NCBI GenBank assembly: GCA_964016885.1
Contig: OZ024743.1
Location: 314,774,001 to 314,838,000 of the forward strand
Source: Eledone cirrhosa
Lineage: Eukaryota
DNA: 64,000 bases
Reading direction: 5' to 3'
This document shows positions 58,291-64,000 of the stretch, one piece after another (position 1 is the stretch's first letter; each line of letters opens with the position of its first letter). The position numbers and the translations under genes were made by a program. Below the pieces are notes generated by a model that was given only the letters and a program-made list of their open reading frames with translations, was not told the DNA's origin and ran no database searches.

Positions 58291-59238
58291 ACATGAATGT
58301 GCATGCAGACGCTTCCTGTGGTGAAGATGCTATCTTTCGAACCACATTTATATCGATCAGAAAATAGATAATCCAATATATTTGAACAGAAATAAGCTTT
58401 GACGTCTCTTCTACCCGAGTCGCACAAACAATCCGCTGTCTCTCCTACTAACATCAGAAATTCAGTAAAGCGTGGAAATTTGTAAACATTGACGTTAGTT
58501 CCGAATACACAGTATAAAATAAATGAGTAAATATATACATAAATATGAACTGGATTAAATAGAATGAAATCGATTCTACACTCTATTCCACTCTTACACT
58601 AGAAGCCTTCTCCTTATCTTAAAAATCAGCACTATGGAAAACATAAACGCCTGCCTAATAATAATATCCTGTGTAGAAGAGCACGATACACATGTTTGGT
58701 CTTATATATGTGTTTGAGGCGATACTGAACCTGTCAGTTGATGGGAATGATTATTTCGTCCCCGTGTTAGTTGACTATCTAATATTTCTTAGAAACGTAG
58801 AATCTTCAAAAAAAAAAAAAAAAAAAAAGGATTCACATATTGTAGTTGTCCTTTCTATGATAAAATATGTTCAATTTTACTCGGAGAACGTAGGTTACTT
58901 CCATATTTATAATATTGGATTGTGACTGATGCAGCAAAAATTAATGTTGATATATCGTGATACATAAGGTATTGCTTCAATATTTCACTGCTCATTGACA
59001 AAGGCGAAATAAAATAAAAAAAAAATATAATGAGTATTTTAAAATGTGGCAACACGATGTAAACATTGGTTTTTATATCTGTAGGTCACTGACTTACTTT
59101 CAAATGATTCCTTTCAATTACGTTGTAATTTCCACGTTACATACATCAGCCTTATAATGTCATCTGTATCCGGTTTAATTCTAAACCAGCTTAAACCATC
59201 CTGTGTTCTATTTTAAAGAGTTTATCTATCATTATTGC

Positions 59239-59391
59239 CATGCTTTGAAGCATAGAGTTGCCTCACTTTATTATCTGAGTTCAAATGCCCCCGAGGTTAA
59301 CTTTGCCTTTCATCTTTACGGGGTCGATAAAATAAAGTACCAGTAATGCACTGGGCAAGTACTGGCCTTGTGCTAAACGTAGAAACAATTA
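59239..59391 (+). mobile_element. SINE family A, 5'-truncated
   Basis: Homology to other copies. Confidence 0.88.
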
Positions 59392-59754
59392 TTGATGTAA
59401 AGAGATTAACTGATTTTTAAAGCAGCAGCCTAAGTATGAGAAGGTTAACTATATTAATAATTTGCTCCAAATTACTTTCAAACGCTATACGAAAAAGTGT
59501 ATTTCATTAGAAATATTGTAATGAAGGCGTTAAATTTGCGGGAAGAATGCGAGAAGAGATAGTGTCTGGAACTGTGACATGAATAGAAATATCACGTTAA
59601 CACAAAAATATGTACCTTGAGAAGCGTTGAGGATTTGGTGAATATCAAACTGCATTGAATATCATAATGATTAAACTGTTCCAAGGATTCTTAAAATCTT
59701 AAGGCGAGAAAACTTACAATCTTATATGTTTCAGTGTCTAATTAACGGCATGCC

Positions 59755-60135
59755 ATCGGGTCCCAAATAATAGAGGGCGGCTGGAACAAGCAAGGGAGCT
59801 GGAATAAGCGGGAGCTTGGAAAATCATTATTTTTCTAGATTGTCTCCCTTGACTTTAAAAACAAAAAAGGAACTAGTCGTTTAGTTTACATATTGAGACT
59901 GTAACCTATCCCATTTATTTCATAACGTATGGGATTTATTTTTCCCATGTACAATGGTTTTTAATTTATAAAGAAAATTAATTGTGGGAGGAATGATAAC
60001 ACTTAAAATAAAATTTCTCCGGAGATATTTTATCAAAGTTTATTAGGTGAGGGCTTTCGAATAAGAGCTGGGACGTTTGAAAGAGTCTCAAGAATTAATA
60101 AACGGGGAGGGGGCACAATCATTCGAGACCCAAGC
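59755..60135. mobile_element. Putative MITE / non-autonomous DNA transposon
   Basis: Imperfect TIRs tcgggtcccaaataat / atcattcgagacccaa; subterminal aataa(g/a)cggg repeats at both ends; no clear TSD. Confidence 0.45.
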
Positions 60136-62308
60136 ATATGTATATTCGATAACACTCGCTGTTTTGTAAAAATACATCGGTACAAAATAAATATTTATAT
60201 GGGTTTTATGGTAGGAGAAAATATAAGTATTTTGACAGAATGATTGTTGTTGTAGTGTTTATCCTTTTACTAAAGTGCTCGGGTATTTCATGGATCATCA
60301 TCTTCTTCAATTTGTCAATAAGCGAACTATTCTATGTTATAAGAAACAGAATGGGATTCCTCGAGGTTTTCGCGAGAGGAAATGAAATGTAAAAGTTATA
60401 AATTATTGGAATATGGCCTATGAAATTCCTATAAAATGACAAAATCTGAGACGTCAAACTTAATTTATAACTCGGAAGATGAGCCAGTGTGGACAGGGCT
60501 CTTTAGCCACACTACCTGCTAGAAATAACTGTCAAATGGTAATATCTTTTAAAAATATGAGAATAATTCATTGAATAATATACTATTGGATATACTGTAC
60601 GCGAAAAGAAAGCATGATGGTCACAGCTGCAGTATCGTTAATCAAATATGTGCTTGATCTCAGTTGACCTTTGTCTAAACAAGGACAATAGCAAGAGTAG
60701 CATCATAACTCACAAGTTAATTCGATTGTGTGTAAACATTTCGTTTCCAAATTTCTGCTGAATGTCACTAACAAATGATGTACGATTCATGTTTAAAAAT
60801 ATCATGAATATTGAGGGATTTATTGATATAATCTCTCAATATTAAGCTGGTTTCTGGGAACATAACAAAGAGTCTTACATGGAATAATAACAGAAGGTTT
60901 TATCTAATTATAAACAATTTAAAATAAACACCTTTATAACAGCTTTATAAAATAGAACGGTGGAGACGTTTTCAGGCGCTGACCAAGTAGCTGGAAACTA
61001 ATAACTGCCAAACGTTTCACAAAGATGTTAGTTGTAATTTGTATGAGCTTATTTTTTTACAGAGATATAGATTCCGGTAACCTAAACCCCGCAAGACACA
61101 AGTTGTTACAGATATTACACAGTAATATTTCAACTACCCAGTAGGTTACAAGGCAATGATCAGTGTTAAAACGAGAGAGAGAGAAAGAGAGGGAGAAAAC
61201 CATAACAGATATCGAATATAAAAACACCTCAAGCAATGCAAGCGTGATAATTATGAACCTTTGCTATTCAAATTACAATATCACAGAGATAGTTTTTTTC
61301 TATTGATTTCATCATTACCGATTCCAGGTTTATGATTATACATCTGCAATTTTTATTTGTACATTACATCTTTATTCATTCTATTCCTATGGCATGATAA
61401 TATCAAACACATTATCGAAGCAGTTGTTAACTTTCGTTACTGTAATTGGTGTGGTGGGTGTTTTCTGATTAAAGACAAGGCGGTGTGGACAGGCGATGTA
61501 ATCGACATGTTTATATGACTGGTAATTTATTCATCACCCGCTTGAAGATAAAAGCAAAGTTGAAATTCTTGAACTGCGGAAGGACATGATCATAATACAA
61601 CAAAGCAATTAGCTCGATTTGTGTATGCCTATCCACTGCCCTATTTGAAATATCCAAATTTACATTACCTAATGATTTTAACATAAAAATAGAAAATAAT
61701 GGTTTATGATTCAGGCAGAATAATAATAATAATATAATACAAGCATAATGGAATAATATAAAATTAATAATAAATCAGTAATCTTGTGTAATGTTCGTTT
61801 TTAATTATGCCTCTTAGCGATTGATTAGTATTGCAGATCCAATGGGATTTCCTCGTAATCAAGTCCATATGAGCTGGTAAACATAACTTATTTCTTCCAA
61901 TGTCAATATGATTCCATATTATTATTGTGATCAATCGCTAGCATTACATAAATACTTCACCTCTTCAGAAAGGGTTCATAATTCGAGGTGAGGTGACTGC
62001 ATCTTGCATTAAGTATTTTCTGACCGCTATCTACTCATACCTGAAGCAACTGTTTTACACTAATAGAGATGAAGCAGAAAATGTAGGCGCGGGAGGGCCA
62101 AGAAGAGTAAAGTAAGCAAAAATATTTAAAACATAGAGGGGGTAAATAAACCCAAATAATCCCTTAAACGGTGTAAGTTTATATATACATAAACACATTT
62201 AAATGTTTATATATAAATACACACTCATATATATATATATATACATATATATATAAATACATACACATATATACACTCACACATATGCACGTATATGCAC
62301 ACTCACAG

Positions 62309-62356
<48 letters not shown>

Positions 62357-62584
62357 GTACATACACATGTAGGCTTATACACACATTCGTATACGTATAT
62401 TGACGAGTGTGTTGTGTTAATGAAACAAAACCTAAGTGCATCGAAGTGGATGTGCAACATTTAAGTCGTACAATACGTAAAGAAGATGATCATTTAGACC
62501 TGGAAACGAACACTTGCTGCATATTTTACAATATCAACAATTTTCCAAGTGTCTCCCCTTCTTTATGTTGTCTATAGATATATG

Positions 62585-62900
62585 ACGGCGGCGAATTGAG
62601 ACAGTCATGAGAACGTCACATAGAATGTTTTGTGGTATACGTTCCAGATCAATGCTCTCTGTGTTCAAATCTCGCCGAGGTCATCTTTGGCTTTCATCCT
62701 TTCGAGATCGATAAAATAAAGTACCAGTCTAGAATGGAATCATTCTTCCTCTATATGCCTGTCTCATTTTCTCTCTGTCACATTCTATCCACCTCTGAAA
62801 TCTGGAGAGGGAAGAGCTCTGACAGGCTTCAAATGCCCAAGAAACGCTGTATGTCACTACGACGCCCGTACGACTCCATCCAGTGTTACGGGAACGTACC
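62585..62900 (+). mobile_element. Older SINE related to family A with a longer tail
   Basis: gttcaaatctcgccgaggtc...gataaaataaagtaccag; tail ccaaga.acgc.gtatgtcactacg shared with 21150-21440. Confidence 0.7.
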
Positions 62901-63375
62901 ATATATATATGATGATGGCAATAACTCGATTTTGAGCAATGCTGTCGCTTGATACTTAAGCATCAACATCAGTTAGGTGGCTTTTTAGTCCTGTTAGGTT
63001 ACTTGCATATGGCCAGTAATGTCATTCATCGCAAGAATTATCACATATCAAGCGATGCCTGTGCTTAAAGCTTTTTTAAGTGTGGACAGAAGCTAATCCC
63101 ACTCTCGGTACATCGAATGCATTTACCCAAAAAGTAGAACAGGTTTACATCATTGGATGCAAACGAAGACGCATGTATTATATCAGAGTGACCTTCTCCT
63201 AGAAAGATGCCTTAATGAAGAGAGTTTCTTCTATCGATTCATTCAAAATGGGAATGGTTTGGGGAGAAATCTGAGATAATGCCTAAATATAGAAGATATT
63301 TTGAGTCAGGTATTGCGTTAACTGCAGTAAAAGAGTCTAATATTTTAGAAATACGACTATAGAATTGTGTAACCT

Positions 63376-63440
<65 letters not shown>

Positions 63441-64000
63441 AAATTGGTCTTATTGTATTTTTATTCATTGATTAGAGTTGTTATATAGCGAGTTATTCTA
63501 ATGAATAAGAATAGAATACGACCAATATACAATCCATTGCTGTAACTAACTAAAAACATTTAATATAAACATTAAATAAAATATAAGTAAACATATGTAA
63601 TGGAAAAGAAAACAATAACTTTGATATTCTCAACACATACAAATTTGAACACTACAGAAACTATCATCACATTACATCCACCGTAAATGTTAATACACTA
63701 ACACATTTGCTTGATATGCTTATATTTTATGTGATACATTTGCTATACAATATGTATATATACCTAATAACTTTGCTTGTTTCCTTCTCATATATATGAC
63801 TAACGCATGTGCACTTTCTACACGCTTGCATATGTACTGCTAGTGTCCTCATTCTTTCTCAATGCCTCTTTAATTATAAGACTATTCTCTTGTATTATCT
63901 GTCGCATGTATTCCACTGTGTGCGTTTAACTTTAATTTGAATTATTGTACAATTCTCGTATAATATAAGTCGCATCCATTACACCCTGTAAATACGAAAC

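Overview
AT-rich animal genomic DNA with no intact protein-coding gene that I can support. The origin is probably octopus/cephalopod, inferred from the SINE types and the extreme (TA)n density. Almost all long ORFs in the track are microsatellite artefacts (YI/HT/LS/CV repeats). The window holds (TA)n, (CA)n, (GA)n, TAGA and TATG microsatellites, many copies of two tRNA-derived SINE families (several with clean target-site duplications), RTE-type and R4/NeSL-type LINE fragments, and a putative MITE. The main signal is a dense set of Penelope-like element (PLE) remnants in or beside (TA)n tracts. These include two clear GIY-YIG endonuclease pseudogenes and about 20 type I hammerhead ribozyme (HHR)-like motifs from at least 10 unrelated sequence families. 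Most motifs have a self-complementary stem III, and several carry recurring non-canonical cores (CCGANGA, TTGAAAA, CAGAAGA, CCGTTGA). Many remnants form long, sometimes perfect, palindromes or partial tandem repeats. All alignments and folds were made by eye, ribozyme activity is untested, and boundaries are approximate to a few bases.
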